From assembly GCA_964344235.1 (NCBI GenBank), contig CAYFMJ010000010.1:1-26740 (forward strand): DNA of 26,740 nucleotides, given 5' to 3'. This DNA comes from an uncultured Methanosarcinales archaeon. GTDB lineage: Archaea; Nanobdellota; Nanobdellia; Woesearchaeales; GW2011-AR9. This document shows, in pieces, positions 1-9,413 of this stretch. Made by a program: the position numbers and the translations under genes. The number at the start of each line of letters is the position of its first letter. Within the stretch, counting starts at the first letter, position 1. The notes under the pieces are model-generated. The model was not told where the DNA came from. It saw nothing but the letters and a program-made list of their open reading frames with translations, and ran no database searches.

Positions 1-53
1 AGCTAAGAAATGTGTAGTAGTTTCGTGTTGTGTAGCAGTTTCGGGATATTAGA
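1..53. repeat. Left copy of a 53-bp perfect inverted repeat at the window ends
   Basis: Bases 1-53 (AGCTAAGAAATGTGTAGTAGTTTCGTGTTGTGTAGCAGTTTCGGGATATTAGA) are the exact reverse complement of 26688-26740. Identity ends at base 54 (G versus T). Confidence 0.98.
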
Positions 54-88
54 GTTAGGAATTAGTCCGATTGAGTAGATGCTCAGAA

Positions 89-2662
89 CTATCTCTTCCT
101 ACTTTTTCTAAAGAAATATGCGAACAGACTGGCAGTGACAATTAGCGCAAGGGCAATGATTATCCCATGCCAATAGCTAAACCGGTATGCATTGTCCCCC
201 GTAGAAGCTGTTTCTTTTTCCACTGCCTCATTTGCGGGGTCTTGTTTTACCTCTGCTGGCTGGTTTGTCACTTGTTCTTTCTCTCCTATGAGGAAATAAC
301 TAAATCCAGGAGTTTCTGCTTCATAATAAAAGTGATTATTGTCTTCACCAGTTAATGTTGTTGTTAATTCCTCCCACTTTTCAGTGAAGCGGAACATAGC
401 GAGGTCATCTTTGGAGAGATCATAATCTGCAAGCCATGACTTTTCAACATTGAATTTAATGATTACTGAATCTAAATCTTCTTCTTTAAGATTGGTGGAG
501 GAGATTTTAGAAATCCTGTAAATTTTCTTTTGAAATGTTGTTATCTCGGCAGGGAGTGCTTCAGTTGATTCAATTTTTAACTGTGGGGCTTTGACATCTT
601 TTGATACTATAAAGACTATCTCCTCGACTCCAAGGTTTTCTTGACCTGGAGCTATAGCTTTTTCGCCTCCATAAATTACTGACCAAATCGTTTTACTGCT
701 GGATGAGGATGGCACTGTTATACCACCACTGCTTCCAGTTGCAGGACTTCCGCCGCTTGAACTTGATGATGAACTACTCGAGGAATCTGATTCTGTTGCT
801 GCGGCCGCTGTTGTTGTAAACGAGGTAGTATTGCTTTGTGAGTTCTCTGCATTGTCAGTACAGGTTACGTTTACTGTATACGCAGTTCCTGCAGTAAGGC
901 CACTCAGTGTTGCATTGACAAGTTCTGCTGATGTAGTGTATGAAAGATTACCGATACCAGCACCCGTATAGTTGCACGTTGAGAAACCAGAAGCTGAGTC
1001 TGTTACGTTAGCTGTGAGGTTACCTCCTGTTGTCGTAATGCTCTCTATAGTAATAGCATGAATTGTCGGTGATGTTACGTCAATTCCAATAGTTACGTTT
1101 TCGGTGTTGTTAACTGTTGTTCCATCCGTTGCGTTGATAACGAAAGTATAGTTCCCGTCACCATAGGTTGTTGCATCGAAAGAGGCATTCCAAGAGGTTA
1201 TTGATGTGTTGCTTAAGGAGACCTCTCCACTGAGGTTTAGATTGGAGGAAAGGTTAACCACCTTGTACGTAACCTCTGTTGAGTTCACTTCTCCTCCGGT
1301 TGTTACGTTAATTGTGAAGTTAGAATTGTACCATGTGGCAGTAGGGTTATCAATTGTGACTGTGAGGTTTATTGACTGTGTTGAATAATTACTAAAACCG
1401 CTGACGTTAGCATAGAGGATGCCATTTGTAGAATCGTAACTAATATTACAAGCGTTTGTATCATCACATCGTGTGCTGTCTTTTAGAAGTTTTGGTGCAG
1501 AGATGTATGTCAAGTTTCTAATCTCTATCTCAGCGGTTGTATTTAACGAGCTAATATTAGCGTTGGTCTCTAAGCCCACGAGATTCTGCTGGAGGAAGAT
1601 ATTTGTGTTGACAATAAGATTGCTTTTGAAAGTTAAGTTTGTTAGGGCGTTCCAAGTAATTTGGCCAAGGGAATTGTTGTAGATTTTGGTGCTGTTACAA
1701 CCTCCTTTAATGAAATCTATTGCAGTTGAATTATGGAAATTATTGTTAATGTAAGTTCCGGAGCAAGAATCATGAATCTTCACCCCGTGATCCTGAAGTT
1801 TTGCCGTTGTTGTTTCAACCAATGTAAGGGTAGGGGTTAGGTCATACCCTGCACTTATAGATATTGAGCTCGCGTTAATGGGATTGTCTAATGCTGTTGA
1901 GTTATATGTGTACGCACCCCCTTGGCCGGAGTTGATGAATATGTCTTTTGCCATAGCATAACAAGGGGCTCCTGCGGTTGCTTCGAACTCATCACAATCA
2001 TCAATTGCTTCAGCTTCTGTGAGATAAACTGATGCTCTTTCATTTCCTCCAATCCCAGTTCCGTTGATACAAGCAACGCTAATCTTAGAAGTTCCCGTTA
2101 GGACAGTACTATTTGTCCGGTTGTTTGTTGGGGTAATGTCGGTTAGTATCTGAACGCCAATATTATAAAATGTTGTTCCATTTGACGCATAGAGGGCACT
2201 GTCACATCTTGTGCCATCGTGTGTTATTGGTGAAAGGGTACTGTTATAGAAATATGTGCTATCAAGAGTAAAGTTCGTACTTCCGTTAATGACGTTATCC
2301 TGGAGAACAGTACTATTAGAGTTGTTTAAAACGACACTTGTGACTGATCCTTGTACTAGAATAGTATTGTTGGTTATGTTATTGTTTGCTGAAGAGAATA
2401 ATGAGATTGCGAAATTTCTATTGTCTAATGAAGCGTTAATGATTATGTGGTTATCAGCGATAAGAGTAGATTCCGCATCTTCAATGTAGACACCTCTTTC
2501 AATTGAGGGAAATGTGTTATTTCTAACAATAGTACCATTTGATTGGTTAATGAAGACTACGCCTGTGGCATCTTGGCTGTCACTGCGAATAGTGTTATTT
2601 TCAACGGTAACGTTTGTGCTGTTCAGTCGCACCATAATAGCAAAATCACTGGGCCCCTCCAT
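89..2662 (-). CDS. C-terminal part of a large surface glycoprotein: parallel beta-helix (NosD/CASH-like) repeats, Ig/Fn3-like stalk, Ser-rich linker, PGF-pre-PGF domain, C-terminal TM anchor
   Basis: Asn-rich repeats (NNTI, NNHI, NNNITNNTI), many N-x-S/T sequons, a SSSSSSSSSGGS linker, the YYEAETPGFSYFLIG PGF motif, and a hydrophobic helix followed by RKSRKR. It has no signal peptide, so it is probably frameshifted from 2646-3599. Confidence 0.85.
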   Translation of the reverse strand: MEGPSDFAIMVRLNSTNVTVENNTIRSDSQDATGVVFINQSNGTIVRNNTFPSIERGVYIEDAESTLIADNHIIINASLDNRNFAISLFSSANNNITNNTILVQGSVTSVVLNNSNSTVLQDNVINGSTNFTLDSTYFYNSTLSPITHDGTRCDSALYASNGTTFYNIGVQILTDITPTNNRTNSTVLTGTSKISVACINGTGIGGNERASVYLTEAEAIDDCDEFEATAGAPCYAMAKDIFINSGQGGAYTYNSTALDNPINASSISISAGYDLTPTLTLVETTTAKLQDHGVKIHDSCSGTYINNNFHNSTAIDFIKGGCNSTKIYNNSLGQITWNALTNLTFKSNLIVNTNIFLQQNLVGLETNANISSLNTTAEIEIRNLTYISAPKLLKDSTRCDDTNACNISYDSTNGILYANVSGFSNYSTQSINLTVTIDNPTATWYNSNFTINVTTGGEVNSTEVTYKVVNLSSNLNLSGEVSLSNTSITSWNASFDATTYGDGNYTFVINATDGTTVNNTENVTIGIDVTSPTIHAITIESITTTGGNLTANVTDSASGFSTCNYTGAGIGNLSYTTSAELVNATLSGLTAGTAYTVNVTCTDNAENSQSNTTSFTTTAAAATESDSSSSSSSSSSGGSPATGSSGGITVPSSSSSKTIWSVIYGGEKAIAPGQENLGVEEIVFIVSKDVKAPQLKIESTEALPAEITTFQKKIYRISKISSTNLKEEDLDSVIIKFNVEKSWLADYDLSKDDLAMFRFTEKWEELTTTLTGEDNNHFYYEAETPGFSYFLIGEKEQVTNQPAEVKQDPANEAVEKETASTGDNAYRFSYWHGIIIALALIVTASLFAYFFRKSRKR

Positions 2663-3599
2663 TTGTTATAACATCAAAATCGTTGTTAGGGCCTATCGTT
2701 ATTCTGTTCGCAAGAACTTTCTGGATAGTAATCCCCTGAATGGCTCGGCTAAAATTGTTACCCTCGATTGTAAGATTCTTAACGTAGCCACTTGAGGCGC
2801 CCCCTGAAAAATAAATTGCGGGTGAGGCGGCTGCAAAGGTATTATTGCGTATTGTAATATCCTGAGCAAAGTCACCACCAAGAATAGTTGTACTGATATC
2901 AATAAGCCCATTGGTTTGACCATTGCCTTCTGAGTTAGTATAAATAAAAGTGTTGTTTTCAACTGTAAGATTCGATATGTTGCCAGAGTAAATAGCTCCT
3001 GCCCATGCCGGATGGGATACGTTGAACTCATTGTTGATAATCTCCCAGTGACTCGCTTGTCTTTCATTGGTGTCGCCGCCTGCTATCAATGAGTAAGCGG
3101 TTCTACTGTTGTTGGATGTGAAGTTACTATAATTAACCAAAAGATTGCTGATGTGAAGTTGGAGTGCAGAATCGGATGCGTTTAGTATGCTAACGTTTTG
3201 GACATAAACTTGTGAGGGGGTAATTTGTGAGTCTTCTATGTATATTCCATATGCAAAAGTATCGAGAATCAGGTTCTGGAAAGTTATATTGCTAATACTC
3301 AACTTTTCGATCATAATGGCATCAGTGGAACTATTGCCAGTTATTGTATATCCTTGGCCATCAAGCGTGATGTGGCTGGCGTTAATAACAAGACAAGAAG
3401 TTGCGCTTGAGCCGCCAAAGAAACTTTTGTTTAGCGTATAAGTCTCTCCACTCTCATTTAACGTTACACCATTTGTGTTGAATGTACAGTTGCTGACGTT
3501 TATCTCTGCAAACACAGTAGTGCTTTCTCCACTGAGAAAGAATATACAAAACAGAAAGAAGAATAGTAGTGTGCAGCTAAACCAAACATTATTTTTCAC
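2646..3599 (-). CDS. N-terminal part of the same surface protein (signal peptide plus beta-helix repeats)
   Basis: GTG start with a GGGGTGA SD just upstream, hydrophobic signal peptide, CLVINASHITLDGQGYTITG beta-helix start and further Asn-rich repeats. It overlaps the downstream ORF by 17 nt. Confidence 0.8.
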   Translation of the reverse strand: MKNNVWFSCTLLFFFLFCIFFLSGESTTVFAEINVSNCTFNTNGVTLNESGETYTLNKSFFGGSSATSCLVINASHITLDGQGYTITGNSSTDAIMIEKLSISNITFQNLILDTFAYGIYIEDSQITPSQVYVQNVSILNASDSALQLHISNLLVNYSNFTSNNSRTAYSLIAGGDTNERQASHWEIINNEFNVSHPAWAGAIYSGNISNLTVENNTFIYTNSEGNGQTNGLIDISTTILGGDFAQDITIRNNTFAAASPAIYFSGGASSGYVKNLTIEGNNFSRAIQGITIQKVLANRITIGPNNDFDVITNGGAQ

Positions 3600-3632
3600 A
3601 AGTTCACCCCTTTTATATGAAAAATGAATTAG

Positions 3633-6404
3633 TTAACTTTTATAAATTCTTCGGTGAGGTGGTTCTCTAACCCTTTCATTTGAACTGTACAGCTTTGGTT
3701 TGGTTATGTCTTTTTGATTTTTTGCGATGGCGTCAAATCGATTATAATGAATAAGAGATACATTGTCAAAGAGTACATGCCCATTAATTCTCCGGTTACT
3801 TTCGACATCGGCACTTAGGATTAATTTTATAGAAGTTGTTGCCGAGGGGACAGGAATTTTCTTCATTTGAATACCCTCCCATGCGGGTGATGAACTACTG
3901 TCTGTTATCGCAATTGTTTCATTGTTTTGATTCATGAACTCAACCGTTAACGATGCCATGGCGTTACTCGCCGCTTTAGCTTCAGCATGAGTGGATATCA
4001 TTAAAGCCCCTTTGCTAATGAGCTCTTGTTCACAAGTTACATCGATTTGTTGGGCGAGGGTTGTTCCTGTTGCTAAGAAAAACATTTTGTCTCCGACCTC
4101 ATCATCAGTCTTTACAAGTTCACTAGAAGCAACCCAATAGTTTAGTGATTGAGAGGCGTCGTGGTTCTTTACTCTGTTGCTTTCTTTTCTTTTGAATAAT
4201 GCTTTCATGTTCTCTGAATTGGTGAGCGTTTTCTCGTACACAGCTTCCGTAGAACCGTCAGACCATTGCACAAACTCAAACCCATTATTGGCAGTTGCCG
4301 AGAGGGTTATAGGAATATTGTTGAAGTATGTTCCTGACCACGGTGGTGAACTTGGAGTGACAGTGTTGATACTAACAGTACCACCACAGGGCGGTTCAAT
4401 AGTTATGGTTGAAGTCCCATCAATATCATCAAAGTAGTTTGTTAAGTGCTCAAAAACGTAATCTCTTCGTGGTTTAGACTCTCCGGAACCCTCTATATAT
4501 TCTTTCATTTGATTAATAGCGCTGTTCCAATCAGACAGGGTGTACCATGGTATAGTACTTTTTTCCCAGCGTTCAATGTGACGGTTGATCTCGGGTTCAA
4601 GTGTCTGGGAAAGTTGGTTCATAGTTCCCATAATTTTTGCAGGTTCCAAGTTGCTGTTCATAAGGTCGGCAAAACGATTGAGGAATTGTTTTCTAAATTT
4701 CTCATTAATAAGTAAGCGTTTCATCATCTCCCGCCAGACAATTGGTTTTTCGTTAACTAAGTAAGTGTTGTAATAATGTAGAGAGTAATTGAACGAATTG
4801 AAATGAGGGTTCTTGTATTGCGCTTCTTGAACACCCCCGCCAAAGGCGAAGTCGGTATCGAATAGCAGGAAACGCCATTTGCTACTTGGCTTCTGGTGCC
4901 AAATCTTAATATTGTTGTAAGGCCAATCGTGGTTGCCAACAAAAATCTCAAGGATACTATAATCAATAAAATTGTCGATGTCAATGTGGTTAGTTATATA
5001 TTCGTAATTCTCAGTTTCACTCATATCATTGCTTAGCATAAATTGAAACACATCTTCAAATTGCATGAAACCGTCTGTGCCGTCAGCTTTGTATATGTTG
5101 TGAGCAAGTTCGAGAATTGTTACGCTATCTTTATCAATGTTGAAGTTTTCAGCAAGATAATACTCATCCATTCTCTCACGAATATTGTAAATTCCCCAAT
5201 ATTCACCATTAATGAAAAGAATTGCTGGTTGGTACGCTTGATAATCAATGTTAAGATCTTTGGCGATAATGTGAACAAATGCATCACGAAAATGAGTCTT
5301 GTGCTGACTCGTTGGATAGGCAATGCCATCCTGGCCAGAAGTCCGAAGTATGATGCGCTTGAAAGAGTCTATATCTTTATGAGGAAATAAGGCGTACTCA
5401 ATTTTGTCAGTGCCAAATGTTTTCTTAGCGTATACTCGCAGTGCTTTTTGGTGGCCTTGCATGAATGTCGTGAACTCCCCATGTGGTTTTGCTTCTGCGT
5501 CAAGGCCAAATTGAAAGTTGCCAGTGGAATCAAAGTATTCAATATGGAGTGGTTTTGCTATTTTGTTTCCGTATGTCTGAATAACGTTCTGTTTGAAAAG
5601 CCCTACAAAAATGTCGTTGTATGTTCCCACAACAGAAATAATTGGCAGTGTTGAAACTTCGTTTATGAGGTATGTTTTTGTGATAGTGGGGCTTGGTAGC
5701 TTCCCTTCCGTGACAGATATGGCCCGCAGCGGTGTAGTTTTAGCAATAGAGATTGGTTCTGTGTAGAGATGATTGACAGTTTGATTCGGCGTCTCCCCGT
5801 CTGTTGTAAAGTATATTTTAGTGTTTGGTTCAGGAACTGTGATGGTGAGTGTGACTTCGTCTTCGTACGACCCCGCTTCATGGTTGAATGTGGGGGGTGT
5901 AGAGAGGGCTATCCCGTTTGATGAACTAGGAGTTGGGTTAGAGAATGCAGCCCACATTTCGCTGCCATCAGGGTTGCGTCCAATTGATGTATCGGCCTTC
6001 TGTTCAGAGAAGATGATAGAATCTATGAGTGTTTCCCCGTCATTTGCGTAAAGACTAATAAACTCACCATCACCATCTAACTTAAAATTGGTGTGCAACG
6101 GTCCGAGAGACGGTTCGTCATCAGCAATAAAAAGTAAAAACCCTTTTGATTCGATGATGGTTCCATTTGGAATTTGGTATTTTGTGGGGTGGCCTTCTTT
6201 ATCGGAAAGAAACATACCGCTTAAATCAACTGTCTCTTCGCCAATGTTGTAAATCTCAAACCAATCTGGAGAGTCAGTCTCTGAGATAAGTATGTTGTCA
6301 TTTATTGCAAGGAGTTCATTAATTGTAAGGTCGTCTTGGTTTCCAAGAACACTAGGGATAAGTAAAATAATTGCAAGTATTATCATGTAAAATTTTTTCT
6401 TCAT
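3633..6404 (-). CDS. Secreted CotH-family kinase with lamin-tail domain, Fn3-associated/chitobiase-like domain and C-terminal beta-rich domains
   Basis: Signal peptide; INELLA...DWFEIYN...DLSGMFLSD (lamin tail); IYFTTDGETP...TTPLRAIS; LFINGEYWGIYNIRE, NHDWPYNN and WRFLLFDTDFAFG (CotH kinase motifs). Confidence 0.9.
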   Translation of the reverse strand: MKKKFYMIILAIILLIPSVLGNQDDLTINELLAINDNILISETDSPDWFEIYNIGEETVDLSGMFLSDKEGHPTKYQIPNGTIIESKGFLLFIADDEPSLGPLHTNFKLDGDGEFISLYANDGETLIDSIIFSEQKADTSIGRNPDGSEMWAAFSNPTPSSSNGIALSTPPTFNHEAGSYEDEVTLTITVPEPNTKIYFTTDGETPNQTVNHLYTEPISIAKTTPLRAISVTEGKLPSPTITKTYLINEVSTLPIISVVGTYNDIFVGLFKQNVIQTYGNKIAKPLHIEYFDSTGNFQFGLDAEAKPHGEFTTFMQGHQKALRVYAKKTFGTDKIEYALFPHKDIDSFKRIILRTSGQDGIAYPTSQHKTHFRDAFVHIIAKDLNIDYQAYQPAILFINGEYWGIYNIRERMDEYYLAENFNIDKDSVTILELAHNIYKADGTDGFMQFEDVFQFMLSNDMSETENYEYITNHIDIDNFIDYSILEIFVGNHDWPYNNIKIWHQKPSSKWRFLLFDTDFAFGGGVQEAQYKNPHFNSFNYSLHYYNTYLVNEKPIVWREMMKRLLINEKFRKQFLNRFADLMNSNLEPAKIMGTMNQLSQTLEPEINRHIERWEKSTIPWYTLSDWNSAINQMKEYIEGSGESKPRRDYVFEHLTNYFDDIDGTSTITIEPPCGGTVSINTVTPSSPPWSGTYFNNIPITLSATANNGFEFVQWSDGSTEAVYEKTLTNSENMKALFKRKESNRVKNHDASQSLNYWVASSELVKTDDEVGDKMFFLATGTTLAQQIDVTCEQELISKGALMISTHAEAKAASNAMASLTVEFMNQNNETIAITDSSSSPAWEGIQMKKIPVPSATTSIKLILSADVESNRRINGHVLFDNVSLIHYNRFDAIAKNQKDITKPKLYSSNERVREPPHRRIYKS

Positions 6405-6470
6405 AAGGATGCACAGTATTTTTTTCTATAATTGAGCAATCTTTATAAAACTCTCTGCTTTTATTTTGTC

Positions 6471-7049
6471 ATGGATCTGAGGATGTTGAAAAAAGAGGTG
6501 CAAGGGCTGCAGAATGTTGAGAAAACTATTGCAGCATTTGAGAAGCATTGGCTCAAGCCGATAAAAACGTCTACAAATAAGCATTTACCTTTTTTACAAG
6601 ATCTTTGTGATAATAGAAAGAAAGAGCTAAATGCAGAGTTAGCGGCGTTGAAAGGGATTCTGCAGCAGATAAAGTCTGGTCAGCGAATTAATGAAAAGTT
6701 GCAACATTACGCTCGCTATTTAGTTGAGTTGAAATTGGCAGAGATTCAAGGTAATGTTTCTAAATCTGCATCTATTACAAATACTTTATTACGTGATGAT
6801 TTTCTCAATGTATCTCAAACGATTCAAGACATTACGTTATTTGATAGTGTTGTTACAGAATTAGGAGAACGGTATCATGATATTTTAGAAATGATGCATG
6901 GTGATTTATCTCTGGAAGAATCAGTAGCGGTGATGGAACAACCGCATCACGTTCATTTACGGGAGTTGCATGCAGTTGCACGTGAACAGAAACGGTTAGT
7001 GCATGCTCTCGGAAAATCGTTTGTAATGTTAGCGAGGGAGAAAGAATGA
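6471..7049 (+). CDS. Hypothetical helical protein (start moved to ATG 6471)
   Basis: Long open frame. TTTATAAA at 6442-6449 lies 21 nt before ATG 6471. ATGA overlap with the next gene. Confidence 0.7.
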   Translation: MDLRMLKKEVQGLQNVEKTIAAFEKHWLKPIKTSTNKHLPFLQDLCDNRKKELNAELAALKGILQQIKSGQRINEKLQHYARYLVELKLAEIQGNVSKSASITNTLLRDDFLNVSQTIQDITLFDSVVTELGERYHDILEMMHGDLSLEESVAVMEQPHHVHLRELHAVAREQKRLVHALGKSFVMLAREKE

Positions 7050-7285
7050 CGATTACATTTGGTGTTGGGGTTGTAGGGATGAGTTTGATTTTGATTGGCT
7101 TTATTTTAGATGAGTTTGTTGATTCCCTTGATCAGGATACAATATATTATAATGTAATTAATTTGTGTGGTGCGGGGTGTCTAGTGTATTATGCGTATAG
7201 TATTGTTAGCTGGCCGTTTCTTGTGTTAAACGCGGTATGGTTTCTTGTTGCAGGGTATAAGTTAGTTCTACTTGTGAAGAAATAG
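7046..7285 (+). CDS. Small membrane protein, CBU_0592/SemiSWEET-like
   Basis: Three hydrophobic segments with the pattern GMSLILIGF...YNVINLCGAGCLVYYAY...WPFLVLNAVW. Confidence 0.7.
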   Translation: MTITFGVGVVGMSLILIGFILDEFVDSLDQDTIYYNVINLCGAGCLVYYAYSIVSWPFLVLNAVWFLVAGYKLVLLVKK

Positions 7286-7287
7286 GT

Positions 7288-8694
7288 TTATGGTTCTGGG
7301 AAAATAATCATCCCATCTTCTTCGTTTGTAGAGTATTGTGGCGTTACGCATGGATCTTCAACAATTTCCCATTGTTGTGTTTCTAAGTTACACATCATAG
7401 ATGTTCCACCAAGTGGTTCTGGTGTTAATTTTGAGAAGTAATTAGGGATGTCTTCTACTGCTGTGGTTGGAATCCAACCGCCAACACCTGCTGTGATCTC
7501 ACTCATGTAAGGTTTACTGCTTTCAAAGGCCCCAACTGCGAAAAAGAAAATATCAACGCCCGCTGCAGCTGCTTGTGCGTTTATCTCTTGAGTGTTATAA
7601 CTATTGTTGGAAATTTTCCCATCGCTTAGGATAAAGCAAGCTTTTGGTTCTTCAATTGTTTCTTGTTCGAGAAGCGTTACACACAAACCAACAGCTTTGT
7701 TAATATTACTTGATCCACCAACGTCTACATCAACTAAAGCATTAATGTAACTATGGAACACGGTGTGGTTGACAGCGAAGGGCCCCATTTGTTGTGTCTC
7801 TTTTGCGAAAGGAATAACCATTGCACTTAACCCCTCATACCAGACCTCTTCGACACCATATAGGCCCTCAATCATAGTTCCTTTTACTGCACTTGTGCTA
7901 CCTGATAAATCTGGGCTAAAGATGACTGTTGCGGGTTCACAACTTGCTAATGGAATTACTGCCGGTTCACAGCATGAAATATCAATGGTTGAGTCGTCAC
8001 AATCGGGAATACTACCCACTAAATTTGGTGTACAAGAATATTCTGTGTCTGTTAACACACCAAATCCGTCACCATCATTATCGATTGGAAATTTATCTGT
8101 ACCCTCATCGATTAAACCGTCACAATCATTGTCTTTATAATCACATACTTCTACTTCTGGAATTGGAATCTCTGCGCAGGCGGTGTAATCCCAAAAACCA
8201 ATTTCTGTACAAACTTGTTCTGCATAACCACAAGCTGTTTCTGGTCCACATGGTTGTGTAATAAATTCAAATTCGCCTGTTTCTTCTGAAAGAACCATGT
8301 TTATTGGGGTTTCAGGATTACAATCGTTATCATATCCATCACAAATTTCAGGTGCTCCCGGGTAGACCGTGGGAATGTCATCATTGCAGTCAGCAAGATT
8401 ATCAACAAATTCGACCATGCCGTAAGGTGTTGCAAGTGGTTCTGGCTGAGTACAACTCATTTTGAATGCAGAACCGTTGTTATCTTTTGCAGTTTTACTA
8501 CCAAAGCCATCCCCGTCGTAATCTAAGAACCAAGGCGTTTCTTCGCAATTATCTATTGCACTAATTCTATTTATTGGTGGGACGCTATACCTAACTGCTG
8601 GTTCTCTTTCCACGTGAGCTTCTTTTTTTTCTGCACATGCTCCCAATGTTAATGTTGCTGTTAATAGAATTCTGGTTGTGAGTTGTCCAAGCAT
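7288..8694 (-). CDS. Lipoprotein with Cys/Asp-rich MopE-like putative metal-binding repeats and a C-terminal vWA domain
   Basis: Lipobox LGAC; DYDGDGFG and DNDGDGFG; DCNDD..VYPGAPEICDGYDNDCN and EVCDYKDNDCDGLIDEG; vWA MIDAS DLSGS and ILSDG. Confidence 0.8.
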   Translation of the reverse strand: MLGQLTTRILLTATLTLGACAEKKEAHVEREPAVRYSVPPINRISAIDNCEETPWFLDYDGDGFGSKTAKDNNGSAFKMSCTQPEPLATPYGMVEFVDNLADCNDDIPTVYPGAPEICDGYDNDCNPETPINMVLSEETGEFEFITQPCGPETACGYAEQVCTEIGFWDYTACAEIPIPEVEVCDYKDNDCDGLIDEGTDKFPIDNDGDGFGVLTDTEYSCTPNLVGSIPDCDDSTIDISCCEPAVIPLASCEPATVIFSPDLSGSTSAVKGTMIEGLYGVEEVWYEGLSAMVIPFAKETQQMGPFAVNHTVFHSYINALVDVDVGGSSNINKAVGLCVTLLEQETIEEPKACFILSDGKISNNSYNTQEINAQAAAAGVDIFFFAVGAFESSKPYMSEITAGVGGWIPTTAVEDIPNYFSKLTPEPLGGTSMMCNLETQQWEIVEDPCVTPQYSTNEEDGMIIFPEP

Positions 8695-8731
8695 GTGTAA
8701 AAAATGGTAAAGGGTATATACTATATAAACA

Positions 8732-9379
8732 TTATTGTGGTGCTGTTTTTGTTTTGCCGAATTTGCAGTGGTTAATTATGGGGCACTGGTTACACTTTGG
8801 GTTAATGGGGGAACAAATTGTTTGACCGTGCCCTACTAGAAGTTTGTTAACGTTAATCCATTCATCTCTGGGAATGATTCGTTTAAGTGCTTCTTCGGAT
8901 TCTTCCGGTGTTTTTGTTTGAATCCAGCCTAATCTGTTTGAGATGCGATGGACGTGAATGTCAACAGCAATAGCAGGGATATTAAATGCGTACGCTAGCA
9001 TACAGTTCGCTGTTTTTCTACCTACACCGGGAAGAGATGTTAATTCTTCAAATGTTTGTGGTACTTTACTATTGTATTTGTCTATGAGGGTTTTACTTAA
9101 TGCTTTGACATTTTTTGCTTTCGCCCTATAAAACCCGATTTTATAAATTATTTTTTCTAATTCCTGTTGATCAATTTCTACGTAATCTTCTGGTGCGGGG
9201 TATTTCTTGAACATTTCAACAACAATGGGGATTGTCGTGGAGTCTTTTGCTCTGGCAGAGAGAAGTGTCATGACTAATAATTGAAATTTTGGGTAATGGG
9301 AGAACTGTTCTAACATCGTCTGTGGATGTGTTTTTTCTAAGATACGAAAGACGGTTTTGATCTCTGAAGGAGTTGGCAT
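8732..9379 (-). CDS. nth: Endonuclease III (HhH-GPD DNA glycosylase, 4Fe-4S)
   Basis: LLVMTLLSARAKD, LPGVGRKTAN, AVDIHVHRISNRLG, and a C-X6-C-X2-C-X5-C cluster motif. Confidence 0.95.
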   Translation of the reverse strand: MPTPSEIKTVFRILEKTHPQTMLEQFSHYPKFQLLVMTLLSARAKDSTTIPIVVEMFKKYPAPEDYVEIDQQELEKIIYKIGFYRAKAKNVKALSKTLIDKYNSKVPQTFEELTSLPGVGRKTANCMLAYAFNIPAIAVDIHVHRISNRLGWIQTKTPEESEEALKRIIPRDEWINVNKLLVGHGQTICSPINPKCNQCPIINHCKFGKTKTAPQ

Positions 9380-9413
9380 AGCGAATAGAATGAGAAGTGG
9401 TTTTTAATAATTA

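Noticed and set aside
11-43. CRISPR array or Tn7-type TGT end in the terminal repeat
   Set aside because: There are only two 15-bp units separated by 3 nt, with no spacers and no cas genes. Inverted identity continues 10 bp outside the TGT, which does not fit a TGT terminus with a direct target duplication.
735-790. Low-complexity Ser/Gly stretch as a tandem DNA repeat
   Set aside because: Mixed Ser codons; an ordinary flexible linker before a PGF-pre-PGF domain.
89-8694. Diversity-generating retroelement acting on the surface proteins
   Set aside because: No reverse transcriptase, and I did not see a template/variable repeat pair differing at adenines; an exhaustive self-alignment was not possible.
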